DNA of 64,000 nucleotides. Source: Meyerozyma guilliermondii. Taxonomy: Eukaryota. A program made the translations under genes and the position numbers. The notes below the pieces were generated by a model. That model searched no databases, had not been told where the DNA came from, and saw nothing but the letters and a program-made list of their open reading frames with translations. Below, piece by piece: positions 32,301 to 42,305 of this stretch. Each line of letters begins with the position of its first letter. Positions within the stretch are counted from its first letter, which is position 1. The DNA lies in the NCBI GenBank assembly GCA_051546255.1, contig CP128816.1, forward strand, positions 1,612,001-1,676,000, read 5' to 3'.

Positions 32301-33152
32301 CTATTTAGTGCCGAAGTAAGCGCCGAGAATGACTGCAATAATAATCACAATAATAAGACAAATGATAAAACACCAGAGCCTCTTTCTTCTAGCCTTTTTA
32401 GCACTGACCACCGCCTTGTTGGTGTGGCCCACACCCTGCTCAATATCGTGCTGGGCGGCTCCGATCTGCTCGTCAATTTGTTGAATAGGCTGGTCCTGTT
32501 CGATAACCAACTCCTCCATGTCATGGAATAACTGGGTCAATTCGGCCATGGTACGTTCCAATTTCAATAATTCACGATGTCTAATTTGCACCTCGTTCAA
32601 CACAGTTCTTGCCTCTCCACGTCTGTTGGATTGCATCAACGCCTGCTGGAAATACTGCTGACCATTTCCATCTTCCACCACAGCCTTTACCTCGGCATCC
32701 GAAGCTTCAGGTTTAACAATACGGTATTGACGTTCTGCCTGGACCTTGGTTTGCTCACGGTTGTTTGCCTCTGTCATACGGTAATCCTGAATAAGCTCCA
32801 AAAACCGCTTTCGGCACGTCTCCGCCTGGTCCATCTTGGTTTGGTCTCGAGCAGTGGCCGCCTGGGTCTGCACGTTTTTTATACGGTTTTTCAAATCTAA
32901 CTGCAAAGATTGAGCCTCGGAGATTAACGCGTCGATCTGCTGCGAGCTGTAATCGCTGTCCTCTTCATTCAAGTCCAATTCTTGGAGGAGGTTTCTTTGT
33001 TTGTTGGAAATTAAATTGATTAAGTTACCATATTGGTCTAACGAGTTGTTGATATCCTGAATTTCGTTCATAAACGACACAAAGTCATCGTCCCCGGAAG
33101 ACGAGTACTTGTTGACGTTCTGCAACTCATAAGAGTTGTAGGGGTTGCTCAT
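32301..33152 (-). CDS. SSO1: Plasma-membrane syntaxin Sso1/Sso2
   Basis: Habc domain, SNARE motif NRRGEARTVLNEVQ.RH.ELLKLE.TMAELTQLF, C-terminal TM. Confidence 0.94.
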   Translation of the reverse strand: MSNPYNSYELQNVNKYSSSGDDDFVSFMNEIQDINNSLDQYGNLINLISNKQRNLLQELDLNEEDSDYSSQQIDALISEAQSLQLDLKNRIKNVQTQAATARDQTKMDQAETCRKRFLELIQDYRMTEANNREQTKVQAERQYRIVKPEASDAEVKAVVEDGNGQQYFQQALMQSNRRGEARTVLNEVQIRHRELLKLERTMAELTQLFHDMEELVIEQDQPIQQIDEQIGAAQHDIEQGVGHTNKAVVSAKKARRKRLWCFIICLIIVIIIAVILGAYFGTK

Positions 33153-33293
33153 ACTAAAACCCTCCGTACGTTCCTCGCGCTGTCAAACACAAATGGAAAA
33201 ATGGCAGTGCGGGTTACGTGCAGGTGACGAGATTTAAAAGTGTCGCCTCGTGTAAGCCTCTGGGGTTGTCTGCAGGTGCACTTTTGCTCATTG

Positions 33294-34262
33294 ATGCCAC
33301 TGGAATCTGTGATACAAGCAGCAGGTCACGATGGATGTGAAGTTTCGGGGGCTGTGTTTATAAAATCGACGACAGAACAGGAAGTGCAGTTTTACCGAGA
33401 TGCTTTAGTAGGAGATTCCCAATTGGATGGTACAATACTCCTGCACTGGATGCCAGTAATGATGGGGACTTTGACTCCGGGAAATTTGCATGGAATTGAA
33501 GGAGCCGAGAAGCCGGTATTAGGTCTGGATGTGACAGATCATATCAATTCAAGCGTTAGCAATGAAAAAGTCAAAATTGTGTTACAAAATCTTTACCATG
33601 GATTCTCGCATCCTAGCATATTAGATATCAAGCTCGGCAAGGTTCTTACAGATAATACTGTTACCCCAGAAAAGGCACATCGACTAGCAAAGGTCAGCAG
33701 TACCACCACGAGCGGTAGCTTGGGATTTAGGATCTGTGGGATGAAATTGTGGGGAAAAGATGTTGAGGAGTTACCGCAGATATACCCTAATATGAAGGAC
33801 CATATCACCAATGATAACGATTATTTGTCTTTTGACAAGTTTTTTGGCCGCTCACTAACCGATTCGACTATGGAGCAGGCAATGCATGTCTTTTTTTCTG
33901 CTATTCCGGCAAAGCATAGACTGAAAGTCATCAATCGATTTCATCAAAGACTACAACTCCTATACAATTGTTTGCTAGATGCAGAGGTGAGAATCTTTTC
34001 TGGTTCATTGCTATTCATATACGAAAGTGATCCTCATCGCTGGACTTTGGTTGAAAATTATGATGAAGCAGACCCTCTTTTGTATGGTCTTCCTGATGAC
34101 AGCGACGAAGAAGACACTTCGGAGCAAAATGATGCACCGCTCAGTAAGCTCAACATGATAGATTTTGCCCATGCTACGCACACAAAAGGTAAGGGCTACG
34201 ACGAAAACATAGTGGATGCTGTGGAAAACTTAATAGATTTATTCGATCGCATATTGCAATAA
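33294..34262 (+). CDS. ARG82: Inositol polyphosphate multikinase Arg82/Ipk2
   Basis: QAAGHDG, PSILDIKLG (PxxxDxKxG), SLL, IDFAH. Convergent with SUP35 as in S. cerevisiae. Confidence 0.92.
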   Translation: MPLESVIQAAGHDGCEVSGAVFIKSTTEQEVQFYRDALVGDSQLDGTILLHWMPVMMGTLTPGNLHGIEGAEKPVLGLDVTDHINSSVSNEKVKIVLQNLYHGFSHPSILDIKLGKVLTDNTVTPEKAHRLAKVSSTTTSGSLGFRICGMKLWGKDVEELPQIYPNMKDHITNDNDYLSFDKFFGRSLTDSTMEQAMHVFFSAIPAKHRLKVINRFHQRLQLLYNCLLDAEVRIFSGSLLFIYESDPHRWTLVENYDEADPLLYGLPDDSDEEDTSEQNDAPLSKLNMIDFAHATHTKGKGYDENIVDAVENLIDLFDRILQ

Positions 34263-34274
34263 GCTACTTTACAT

Positions 34275-36350
34275 TCAATTCAAGATCTTGGTGATCTTAC
34301 CAATGGCAATCGTAGTACCTTGGTCTCTCAATGTGAATCTTCCCAACTGGTTGTAGTCAACATAAGTCTCCGCACATACAGGCTCGTTGGTTTCCAACAC
34401 AGCAATGATCTTCATTCCTTTCTTGGCAAATGCTGGTGGCTTTTTCGACTTTCTATTAGTACCCTTCTCCAATTTGTGTTTCAATTCGACAAACTTAACC
34501 TCCTCAATGGCTGTATGCAAGTGCATCACACATGAAAAACCGTTGGAGAGAATCGATTTTAACTCCACAATGGCAATTTGTGCTTCGAATTTGGTAACTG
34601 TCTTGACGGGGTTATTTGGGGAAGTCAACACATATCCTTGTGCCAAATCTTCTTCTTCAACACCCTTGATTCTGAGTCTCACTTGTTCACCACAGTAAGC
34701 AGCGTCACATTCCAGTTCGGTTTCATTATAGATCGTAACCACTTCTACCGATGTCTTGTTAGGCATCAATAACAAGCTTTCATTTTTCTTGATATGACCA
34801 GATTCAATCTTACCTTCAACCACAGTTCCCAAATCTTTCATCTTACCTGAAATAGGAAGCATGAATGGGCCGTTTATACGACGATCAGCCGTCTTCATGT
34901 TGTCCAAGTATTCCAACAACGATGGTCCAGTATACCATGGACAATCCTTCAGGTTGACACGATCTTTCAAGCCTGCTCCCGTGTATCCAGAAACTGGCAT
35001 GAAAACAATGTCTTCCTTGCTGTAGCCTATTCCCTTCAAGAAAGCACCCAATTTGGTAGTACAGTCTTTATAACGGTCTTCAGACCAGCCGACGGTAGGA
35101 TCGTCCATCTTATTAACGACAACAACAATCTTGTTCACACCTTGAGTCTTTGCTAAGAGAGCATGCTCTCTAGTTTGACCACCCTTTTCGAATCCGGTTT
35201 CGTACTCACCCTTTCTGGCAGAAATAACCAAAATACCAACGTCAGCTTGAGAAGCACCACCAATCATTTCGGAAACGTACAGCTTATGGCCGGGAGCATC
35301 CAAGATGGTATATCTTCTCTTTTCGGTCTCAAAATATGCTTTTCCCACTTCGATCGTCTTACCATCGTTTCTTTCTTCTTTGTTGGTGTCCATAACCCAC
35401 GACAAGTACCAACCTTGTCTACCAGCGTCCTTGGCTTCTCTCTCATACTTTTCCACAGTTCTCTTGTCAACAGAGCCAGTCAAGTAAAGAATGTTACCTC
35501 CCATGGTGGATTTACCTGCGTCCACATGTCCCATAAAGATAATTGAAAGATGCTCTTTTCCACCGAATAAGTCTTTAACGACATCGGCATCGATATGCAG
35601 TTCCTGCTGTTTAGCAAGAGCGTCAGCACTGGCAGCGGCAGCGGCAGCAGCCTCTCTGGCTACTTTGGCCTCTTTGACCTTGGTAGCTGGTTTGCTTTCT
35701 GGAACAGGCGTAGACTCTTTAGACTTTGAAGCAGCAGCTGCAACTGGTGCAGCAGCTACGGCAGCAGCTACAGCTGGAGCAGATGCGGTTTCGTCTTTCT
35801 TGGGTTCCTCCTTCTTAGATTCTTCTTTCTTGGGCTCTTCCTTTTCCTCTTTCACGAGTTCATCCTTCTTTTCAGGTGCTTTCTTGGCGTTGGCCAACTT
35901 GATTCCGGACGATGAAGCCAACTTTAATGTACGCTTTGGCTTGTTCAAGGAAGCTTGAGAAGCTTGGCTTTGTTTTTGAAAATCAGCCAAAGACATTCCT
36001 TGTGGTTGAGCAGGCTGCTGAGCTGAATAACTGGCATACTGGTCGTACTGGTTGTAGCCACTGTTAGCCTGATTATAGTATCCCTGTCCTTGGGCACTAT
36101 TGTATCCCTGATAACCTTGGTATCCCTGGTACCCCTGGTATCCTTGTGCTTGGTATCCGCCTTGAGCCTGATATCCTTGGTACCCTTGAGGTTGGTATTG
36201 TTGGTAGCCTTGAGGTACGAATGATGATGCGCCAGCATTGAAAGAATTCTGGGCATTTTGGCGTCTATCTGCTCCTCCCTGGCCACCAAGGGATGTGTTC
36301 TGAAGGTCTTGCGACAATTTATCTTGGTCGTAGTTCTGTTGATCGGCCAT
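34275..36350 (-). CDS. SUP35: Translation termination factor eRF3 with N-terminal Q/N/Y-rich prion-like domain
   Basis: GHVDAGKST, DAPGH, NKMD; GYQ repeats and charged M domain. Start assigned to MADQQNY at 36350. Confidence 0.98.
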   Translation of the reverse strand: MADQQNYDQDKLSQDLQNTSLGGQGGADRRQNAQNSFNAGASSFVPQGYQQYQPQGYQGYQAQGGYQAQGYQGYQGYQGYQGYNSAQGQGYYNQANSGYNQYDQYASYSAQQPAQPQGMSLADFQKQSQASQASLNKPKRTLKLASSSGIKLANAKKAPEKKDELVKEEKEEPKKEESKKEEPKKDETASAPAVAAAVAAAPVAAAASKSKESTPVPESKPATKVKEAKVAREAAAAAAASADALAKQQELHIDADVVKDLFGGKEHLSIIFMGHVDAGKSTMGGNILYLTGSVDKRTVEKYEREAKDAGRQGWYLSWVMDTNKEERNDGKTIEVGKAYFETEKRRYTILDAPGHKLYVSEMIGGASQADVGILVISARKGEYETGFEKGGQTREHALLAKTQGVNKIVVVVNKMDDPTVGWSEDRYKDCTTKLGAFLKGIGYSKEDIVFMPVSGYTGAGLKDRVNLKDCPWYTGPSLLEYLDNMKTADRRINGPFMLPISGKMKDLGTVVEGKIESGHIKKNESLLLMPNKTSVEVVTIYNETELECDAAYCGEQVRLRIKGVEEEDLAQGYVLTSPNNPVKTVTKFEAQIAIVELKSILSNGFSCVMHLHTAIEEVKFVELKHKLEKGTNRKSKKPPAFAKKGMKIIAVLETNEPVCAETYVDYNQLGRFTLRDQGTTIAIGKITKILN

Positions 36351-36456
36351 AATGATCCTTCTTTGATGGAAGCAAAACCGCACGAGTTCTCTACAAAAAT
36401 TTTCATATGGTGTACCGATGTGTTGATACAACATCAAAATAGAGGACATAAAGTAT

Positions 36457-37545
36457 CTAGTTATTTGAGTGTAGGGAGGTCCAATGCAGTAGACATTCAC
36501 TCTGCAGCATCTGTACTGCTTTCATTTGCAGGGGCCCAAATTTGTAGGCTTTTTGGTGGATATTAGCATCACAAGTGCACCTATTGGCGATATAAGTGTC
36601 TGGGGAAGATGGGCAATTGAAAACGCCATACATGGGCGATATTATGGGGAGATCCATAAATCTGACTTGTTCACTTGGTAAGAAGAGCGAAACTGCTGCT
36701 GTTTTGATAGCAGCTTCTCGCCATGTCTCATAATACATACCCTTGAGCAGATCAATGTGGTTGAAAAAATGCTTGTACTGTGGAGATTGAAAGAAATCAA
36801 CACTAACAATCTCCGACTCGGCATCGAAATTGCATGATTTATAAATCCATTCGTTGTTTTCGGTGACTTCGCCGGATTCAATGAGAAAGTTAAAGTTGTT
36901 CTTACTTGGAGATGGTTGCATTTCATTGTCTGGATTCTCCACGTATTTCTGGACTTCGTGCAAAAACGAAGGATGCATAGCCATGTTGTCCTTCTGAATC
37001 AACAGAAAACCGTATTTGATGTTGTTGTCTTCCATATACTGAAAGACATCGTAATTGACGTCGCATCCTAATTTGGAGCCAACAGGAACCCGCCAATAAT
37101 ACTCGTACGACAGCCAAATGTTATCTAGGTTAAAGAAGTGGCCAGCAGAAAACCTTGTAAAGTGACGGGAGTAGACAGAATTGTATAATCGTCGCCATGG
37201 GCTTTTAAGTGGTGTACTATTCCGAAGCTTACGCACTTTCGTCGTATCTGTTCCCTCTGGATACTTGAGAAAATCACCCAAATACTTGAGATCCACAAAC
37301 ATTACCGTGGAACCTCGCACGATTTCCCTAATTGTTTCTCTGTGATTCCGAATTACACTTCTGTAGCTGATTATAACCCAGTCGTTGTTGTACTTTTCAT
37401 TGAAACGTTCCTGATAACTATGGATGGTTGAAAGGACATAAGGAACCTCAGATCGAGCGGTTACCAACATCACCATGGCACCAGCAGCGGAAACCGTCCA
37501 TGGTAGCCATACAAAAATTGTAGTAAGATGCCATAGTAAACGCAT
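36457..37545 (-). CDS. Divergent GT15 (Kre2/Ktr/Mnt) mannosyltransferase-like protein
   Basis: RFN..Y..DW, RHFTRFSAGHFF, YEYYWRV, CDVNYDVFQYM...KYGF, FFNHID..GMYYE.W; N-terminal signal or anchor. Confidence 0.82.
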   Translation of the reverse strand: MRLLWHLTTIFVWLPWTVSAAGAMVMLVTARSEVPYVLSTIHSYQERFNEKYNNDWVIISYRSVIRNHRETIREIVRGSTVMFVDLKYLGDFLKYPEGTDTTKVRKLRNSTPLKSPWRRLYNSVYSRHFTRFSAGHFFNLDNIWLSYEYYWRVPVGSKLGCDVNYDVFQYMEDNNIKYGFLLIQKDNMAMHPSFLHEVQKYVENPDNEMQPSPSKNNFNFLIESGEVTENNEWIYKSCNFDAESEIVSVDFFQSPQYKHFFNHIDLLKGMYYETWREAAIKTAAVSLFLPSEQVRFMDLPIISPMYGVFNCPSSPDTYIANRCTCDANIHQKAYKFGPLQMKAVQMLQSECLLHWTSLHSNN

Positions 37546-37627
37546 GAATAAGTATTCGCATCGGTAAACCTCGATTTACGCAGTACCCCAGCCGCGCGAT
37601 AAGATCTTGCGGTCACTTTCCACTAAA

Positions 37628-39010
37628 ATGCCCCTTTTTGAGGCACACAATTATACGGCCATAACGGTCAAAATCAACCAGCTCTCAGAGGCAAACCGCA
37701 ATGACGAGATCGATAATCTGATAGAACTTTATATGTCTGACCTCATTGACCTCATAAAGTTGCAGGGCAATGTTGGAGCCTCCGAAGCAGCTAGAGCCAT
37801 TCGAAAGAATATCAAGTATGGAAAGGACCAGGACACTCAATTGCGTTCTTTGTACATCTTGGAGTTGTTAGTTTTGAATTCGGGCCATAAAATAGGTGCC
37901 ATCATTGCTCGTGACGACAAGTTGTTGGATGTACTCAAGGGGATATTAAACCACCTGGGCACCACAGGTTCAGGTTCCCATTATTCCAAGGATATCACAG
38001 ACAAAGTGACAGCACTAGCGCTTGGGTGGAGGACAGAAGTGGCAGAATTGGACGGTTACAAATATTTGGCATCGCTCTACAAGTTCATCCCCAAGTACCT
38101 GAAACTGCGTAGCCATCGTACTCACCGTCGTACGGGAAGCAGCAATATATTTGAAACTGCTGAGGACAATGCTGTGCTGTCTCCACGTTCTTCAGGTCGT
38201 CAGCGGTCAGTGAGTCCTCCCTCTAGACCTTCAACTCCTCCGCCAAGATTTAAATCACCCCCTCCGCCACGTCCCAAGACATCATCGCCCTATACTGAGG
38301 TTGAAGGCTCATCGAAAAAGAAGAAGAAGGAGAAGAAGAAAAGAACAAGAAGAACCAGAAATGGGGTGCGATACGCCGATGCAGAGTACCAGATCCCTCA
38401 GATTAACTACAAAGCCGAAGCTCCTAAAATTCGCCAGGTGATTGCTGACTGTCACACTCATACCACGGCGCTCGGCAATATTTTGCTCACTTTGACAGTG
38501 TCGCCTCTTGATGATGAGAGGGCAAAATCCGAATTTGACAAGTGCCGTAAAATTCGTCATAAGGTGCTTCGGTACCTTCAATACGTTGGAGCTGGAAGCG
38601 AAGAGACGAAAACGAAGGAGGTTCGTGCGATGGATGAGGAGTTCTTGGGAAGTTTGATTATGGCCAATGAACAATTGGTCGATGTGTTTAAAAAGTACGA
38701 TACTGCTTGTGGTTACACTGAAGAAAACCCTGCACCTCAGGTTCAAGACGATGACTCTGATTCCTTGGAATCCTACTACACTGAAAGCTCAGAAGAGGAA
38801 GATGATGATTTGGGTGAAACTTCTTCGACTCAATTTGCTCAATTGAGTTTGTCACTGGAACCATCTGCTTCTCCCCTACAAAGCACTCCAAAAGCTCCAC
38901 CTCCCAGACCAGCCAAGCCATCCAAGCTCAAATCTTTGGACCGTGTCAGCACAAATGATACCGTTGCTACGACCTCGAGCGATCCGTTTGGTGACAAACA
39001 CGGCATGTAA
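37628..39010 (+). CDS. LSB5: VHS/GAT-domain endocytic adaptor Lsb5
   Basis: GASEAARAIRKNIKYG, LELLVLNSG, GAT-like R.KVLRYLQYV..LIMANEQL, terminal DPFGD. Confidence 0.8.
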   Translation: MPLFEAHNYTAITVKINQLSEANRNDEIDNLIELYMSDLIDLIKLQGNVGASEAARAIRKNIKYGKDQDTQLRSLYILELLVLNSGHKIGAIIARDDKLLDVLKGILNHLGTTGSGSHYSKDITDKVTALALGWRTEVAELDGYKYLASLYKFIPKYLKLRSHRTHRRTGSSNIFETAEDNAVLSPRSSGRQRSVSPPSRPSTPPPRFKSPPPPRPKTSSPYTEVEGSSKKKKKEKKKRTRRTRNGVRYADAEYQIPQINYKAEAPKIRQVIADCHTHTTALGNILLTLTVSPLDDERAKSEFDKCRKIRHKVLRYLQYVGAGSEETKTKEVRAMDEEFLGSLIMANEQLVDVFKKYDTACGYTEENPAPQVQDDDSDSLESYYTESSEEEDDDLGETSSTQFAQLSLSLEPSASPLQSTPKAPPPRPAKPSKLKSLDRVSTNDTVATTSSDPFGDKHGM

Positions 39011-39111
39011 TACTTTGTCCTATTATAACTACTGTGTAGATTTTACCGCGAAAACTTTCCCCGGAATCAGTGTAGAAAACTATTGGCCCATACATTTGTT
39101 GTTGTTGTGCC

Positions 39112-40797
39112 ATGTCGGTGACAGCACACGATACTGCCTCGAATGGTCACCTGGACAGGCGACGTGAGGTCAGAAATGGGCGGTCAAATCGCAATTCTTC
39201 CAAAAATAAGAGCTCCAAATATGCACCCATCATCGACCCCAGCGTACCACAAATACCGCCAATCGATGACTTCAAGCTATATAACATCGTGCAGAGTCAT
39301 ACTCAAGAGGAGACTACTGAAGTGGTCGATGCGGTTCTCAACGTCACAAAAAATTTCCAGCAAGACTTGCGAGATGAAATCAGAAAGAAGCTATCCATCG
39401 AACAAAGAATACAATACAAGAACATTGAACTTGCCAAACTAGTCCATGCGGTGAAAAAAGCGTCGCTGATGAAACTGCAACGGAACTTTGAAACCTTAGA
39501 TACCCTGAAGATGCAACATGAAGTTGAACTGCTAGTGACCACTGCGGCCGAGACTTCTCAAAAAGCTCGAAACTTGATCTCCACAGTCAAGAAGCTTCAA
39601 ACTAAAAGTAGCAAGTATTCTGTCAGTGAGCAAAAGTACCCAAATTTGTACAGACTTGTACATTCAGAGACAAAACAGACACATATACCAACAAAGCAGA
39701 CCAAGGTTGATAAGAAGGAAAGTCAGAACCAAGACAAAAGTAAAAACCAAGAAGTTCAGGAGCTAAGTGACGGTATCCCAGAGTATCCTGGAGCCTCCAT
39801 TATCAATGGAACTTCAATGCCTCCAAGGTCTCCCAGTCCCTCACCTTCAGATATGTCTGCCGAGCTGTTTGAACAGTTTCTTTCTCTGAGCATTGCAAAG
39901 TATCGAGAACGGCAGCGTAATAGACAGAGGGCCAATGCACTTATCAACAATGAGCTTGACGAGCTTAGTAACGTAAGAGAGGCTTCAAGTTTATCCATCA
40001 ATCCGGTCAAGCTTCTCTATTCCTCGATATTAGAAAGAGATTCTGGCAACACCACTTTTGGAATCAAATCAACTGCTACATCTGCCCTGACATTTCAGAC
40101 TTCTCATTTCAAGAAACTCAGAATCAACGGGTCACCTATCACTTCTGCGACATACAAAAATATGACTGTGAAGCCTAAATGTGATTGCGAAAGTAGTGAC
40201 GGTTCCCCCGCCAAAGCGGCTCTAGAGTCGTTGAGTATTTCGGACGCAGATGCTGGTCATAGCGTGGAATACTCAAGCTCAGATGTAATCTCTGAATCTT
40301 CTGACGATGTTTCGGTGAGCAGTGACGAATTTGCATCGCCCACCACTATAAATACCAACCAGTATTATTTGAATCTCAAAAGCGATCTCAGGCGAAAACA
40401 GTCGAAACAGTCACTCAGAAAGAGAGCGTCCACGCGGTCTTTTATTCGTGAAAGTACGTCTCCTACCCCTCGTCACAAACCATCGCATCGGACTCTCAAA
40501 CCTAAAAATTCCATACTCAAGACCAAGTCGAAACCGCAAAAGCCACTGAAAAGGACTCCCAAGCGTTCTATGGGCCCAATTGTACCACCTCATACCGATG
40601 AGGGCATCATATCTCTCAACACTGATACAGTTCAAGGCACCATTCTTCAGCTAGAACCAGAAACGAGCGACGACGAGAACGAGGTCCGCACATATCGTGG
40701 AATTGACGACACAGATAACCATAGCAGTCGATCCATAGAACGATTACGAGAATACTTGATAATGGAAGAAGGTATTATTGACTCTAGTACAAACTAG
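39112..40797 (+). CDS. Uncharacterised protein with an N-terminal coiled coil (Vab2-like candidate) and a long disordered tail
   Basis: 561-aa ORF. IPPIDDFK..coiled coil..KYPNLYRLVH; adjacent to BET1. Confidence 0.6.
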   Translation: MSVTAHDTASNGHLDRRREVRNGRSNRNSSKNKSSKYAPIIDPSVPQIPPIDDFKLYNIVQSHTQEETTEVVDAVLNVTKNFQQDLRDEIRKKLSIEQRIQYKNIELAKLVHAVKKASLMKLQRNFETLDTLKMQHEVELLVTTAAETSQKARNLISTVKKLQTKSSKYSVSEQKYPNLYRLVHSETKQTHIPTKQTKVDKKESQNQDKSKNQEVQELSDGIPEYPGASIINGTSMPPRSPSPSPSDMSAELFEQFLSLSIAKYRERQRNRQRANALINNELDELSNVREASSLSINPVKLLYSSILERDSGNTTFGIKSTATSALTFQTSHFKKLRINGSPITSATYKNMTVKPKCDCESSDGSPAKAALESLSISDADAGHSVEYSSSDVISESSDDVSVSSDEFASPTTINTNQYYLNLKSDLRRKQSKQSLRKRASTRSFIRESTSPTPRHKPSHRTLKPKNSILKTKSKPQKPLKRTPKRSMGPIVPPHTDEGIISLNTDTVQGTILQLEPETSDDENEVRTYRGIDDTDNHSSRSIERLREYLIMEEGIIDSSTN

Positions 40798-40844
40798 TTG
40801 ATATTACTTCTACAGATGCAAGCGTACCCGACGCTGGAACGGGA

Positions 40845-41282
40845 CTAGAAGATCCAAACATAGAAAAACCACAAGAAGACCAACGCGAAGAACAACAACC
40901 ACACCCGCCAACTTATTCCTGCTCGTTGGCTCATCACAATCATTTGATTAAACGTGTTTTTCAACGTCACCTTACCCTTCTCCATCGAATTGGTTATATC
41001 GTCATTCAACGCAATTCCCTTGTTGATCTCCGAACCCATCCGCACCCCCAAGTTGCGAAGGGCAGCCACTTTTTGTGACATTGATCCCAACTCGTCGTCG
41101 TTTTGAGATTCCAACGTCAGCATCATCGACTCATTATATTTGGCAGAGTTTGAAACTGTTTTGTCATAAGGCAGTCCCGACCGCAACGGCGGACTCCCCG
41201 TGTTTCTATTTGTCGGCTGCGAGAACAACTGTGTTCTGAGCTCCCGCTGATGTGCTCCGTTCGTCGAATATCGGGAACTCAT
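40845..41282 (-). CDS. BET1: ER-Golgi Qc-SNARE Bet1
   Basis: MSSRY, RTQLF, LESQNDD..MSQKV.AL..LG..MG.EI, C-terminal TM. Confidence 0.93.
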   Translation of the reverse strand: MSSRYSTNGAHQRELRTQLFSQPTNRNTGSPPLRSGLPYDKTVSNSAKYNESMMLTLESQNDDELGSMSQKVAALRNLGVRMGSEINKGIALNDDITNSMEKGKVTLKNTFNQMIVMSQRAGISWRVWLLFFALVFLWFFYVWIF

Positions 41283-41417
41283 GTTTGCTAGATGTTGTTC
41301 CTGACGCACCATCTTGCATGGTGGCATTGTACGACCTGCATAATCACACCAATGCACCCAGCCTAACCCCAGAGGCTTGCATTTTGGCACAATTGAAGGT
41401 GCATTACTAACTGCAAT

Positions 41418-42263
41418 ATGACTTCTGAAGGTCAGGTACCACGGTCGCTTTCGAACGTGCGACACATATTGCTCGTACTTTCGGGGAAGGGTGGTGTAGG
41501 CAAGTCGTCTGTGACGACGCAAACAGCCATGGCTCTTGTCAACAAGGGTTTCAACGTTGGGGTCTTGGATATCGATTTGACAGGTCCGTCATTGCCTCGA
41601 ATGTTTGGCGTGGAACTGCATCAGATCCATCAGTCCAGAGCTGGTTGGGTTCCTGTGACTGTCTATCCTCGAACAGAAACGAGAGGATCGCTTTCGCTCA
41701 TCTCTTTAGGATTTCTTCTCGGTAGTCGCAGCAGTTCTGTGGTATGGAGAGGACCGAAAAAAACAGCCATGATTCGCCAGTTTCTCTCTGATGTTGTTTG
41801 GACGGGAACTCTTGACTATTTGATCATAGACACCCCTCCAGGAACTTCGGATGAGCATATCGCCATTGCCGAAGAACTTCGGTGGGCCCAACCTTTAGAT
41901 GGAGCTATAATAGTAACCACCCCACAGCAGGTTGCAACTGCCGATGTTCGCAAAGAAATCAATTTCTGCAAAAAAGTAGGATTCGAGATTGTTGGTGTGG
42001 TGGAAAATATGAGTGGATTTATATGTCCTCATTGCGCAGAATGTACCAATATTTTTCTGTCCGGTGGTGGAGAAGCCCTCAGTAAGCAGTTGGATCTTCC
42101 CTACTTGGGCAACATACCTATAGATCCACGGTTTGTGGAGATGGTGGAAACACAATCCGATGAAAATAAGCTCATCGACTTGTATGAGAAATGTGAGTTG
42201 AAGCCCATCGTGGAAGGTATGGTGACCAAGGTGTTGGAGCAAAATAAACCGGCCAGAATATAA
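41418..42263 (+). CDS. CFD1: Cytosolic Fe-S assembly scaffold Cfd1
   Basis: [32 protein letters not shown]; lacks the N-terminal Cys cluster of Nbp35. Confidence 0.95.
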   Translation: MTSEGQVPRSLSNVRHILLVLSGKGGVGKSSVTTQTAMALVNKGFNVGVLDIDLTGPSLPRMFGVELHQIHQSRAGWVPVTVYPRTETRGSLSLISLGFLLGSRSSSVVWRGPKKTAMIRQFLSDVVWTGTLDYLIIDTPPGTSDEHIAIAEELRWAQPLDGAIIVTTPQQVATADVRKEINFCKKVGFEIVGVVENMSGFICPHCAECTNIFLSGGGEALSKQLDLPYLGNIPIDPRFVEMVETQSDENKLIDLYEKCELKPIVEGMVTKVLEQNKPARI

Positions 42264-42305
42264 AGTGCTGTACGAGTTGACGAATTAATAGACGTATATA
42301 GATAT

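Noticed and set aside
36351..36500. N-terminal extensions in the ORF track (SUP35; likewise BET1, RPN12, STB3, ARG82, PIC2)
   Set aside because: They rely on non-ATG or upstream starts overlapping neighbouring genes; homology begins at the downstream ATG.
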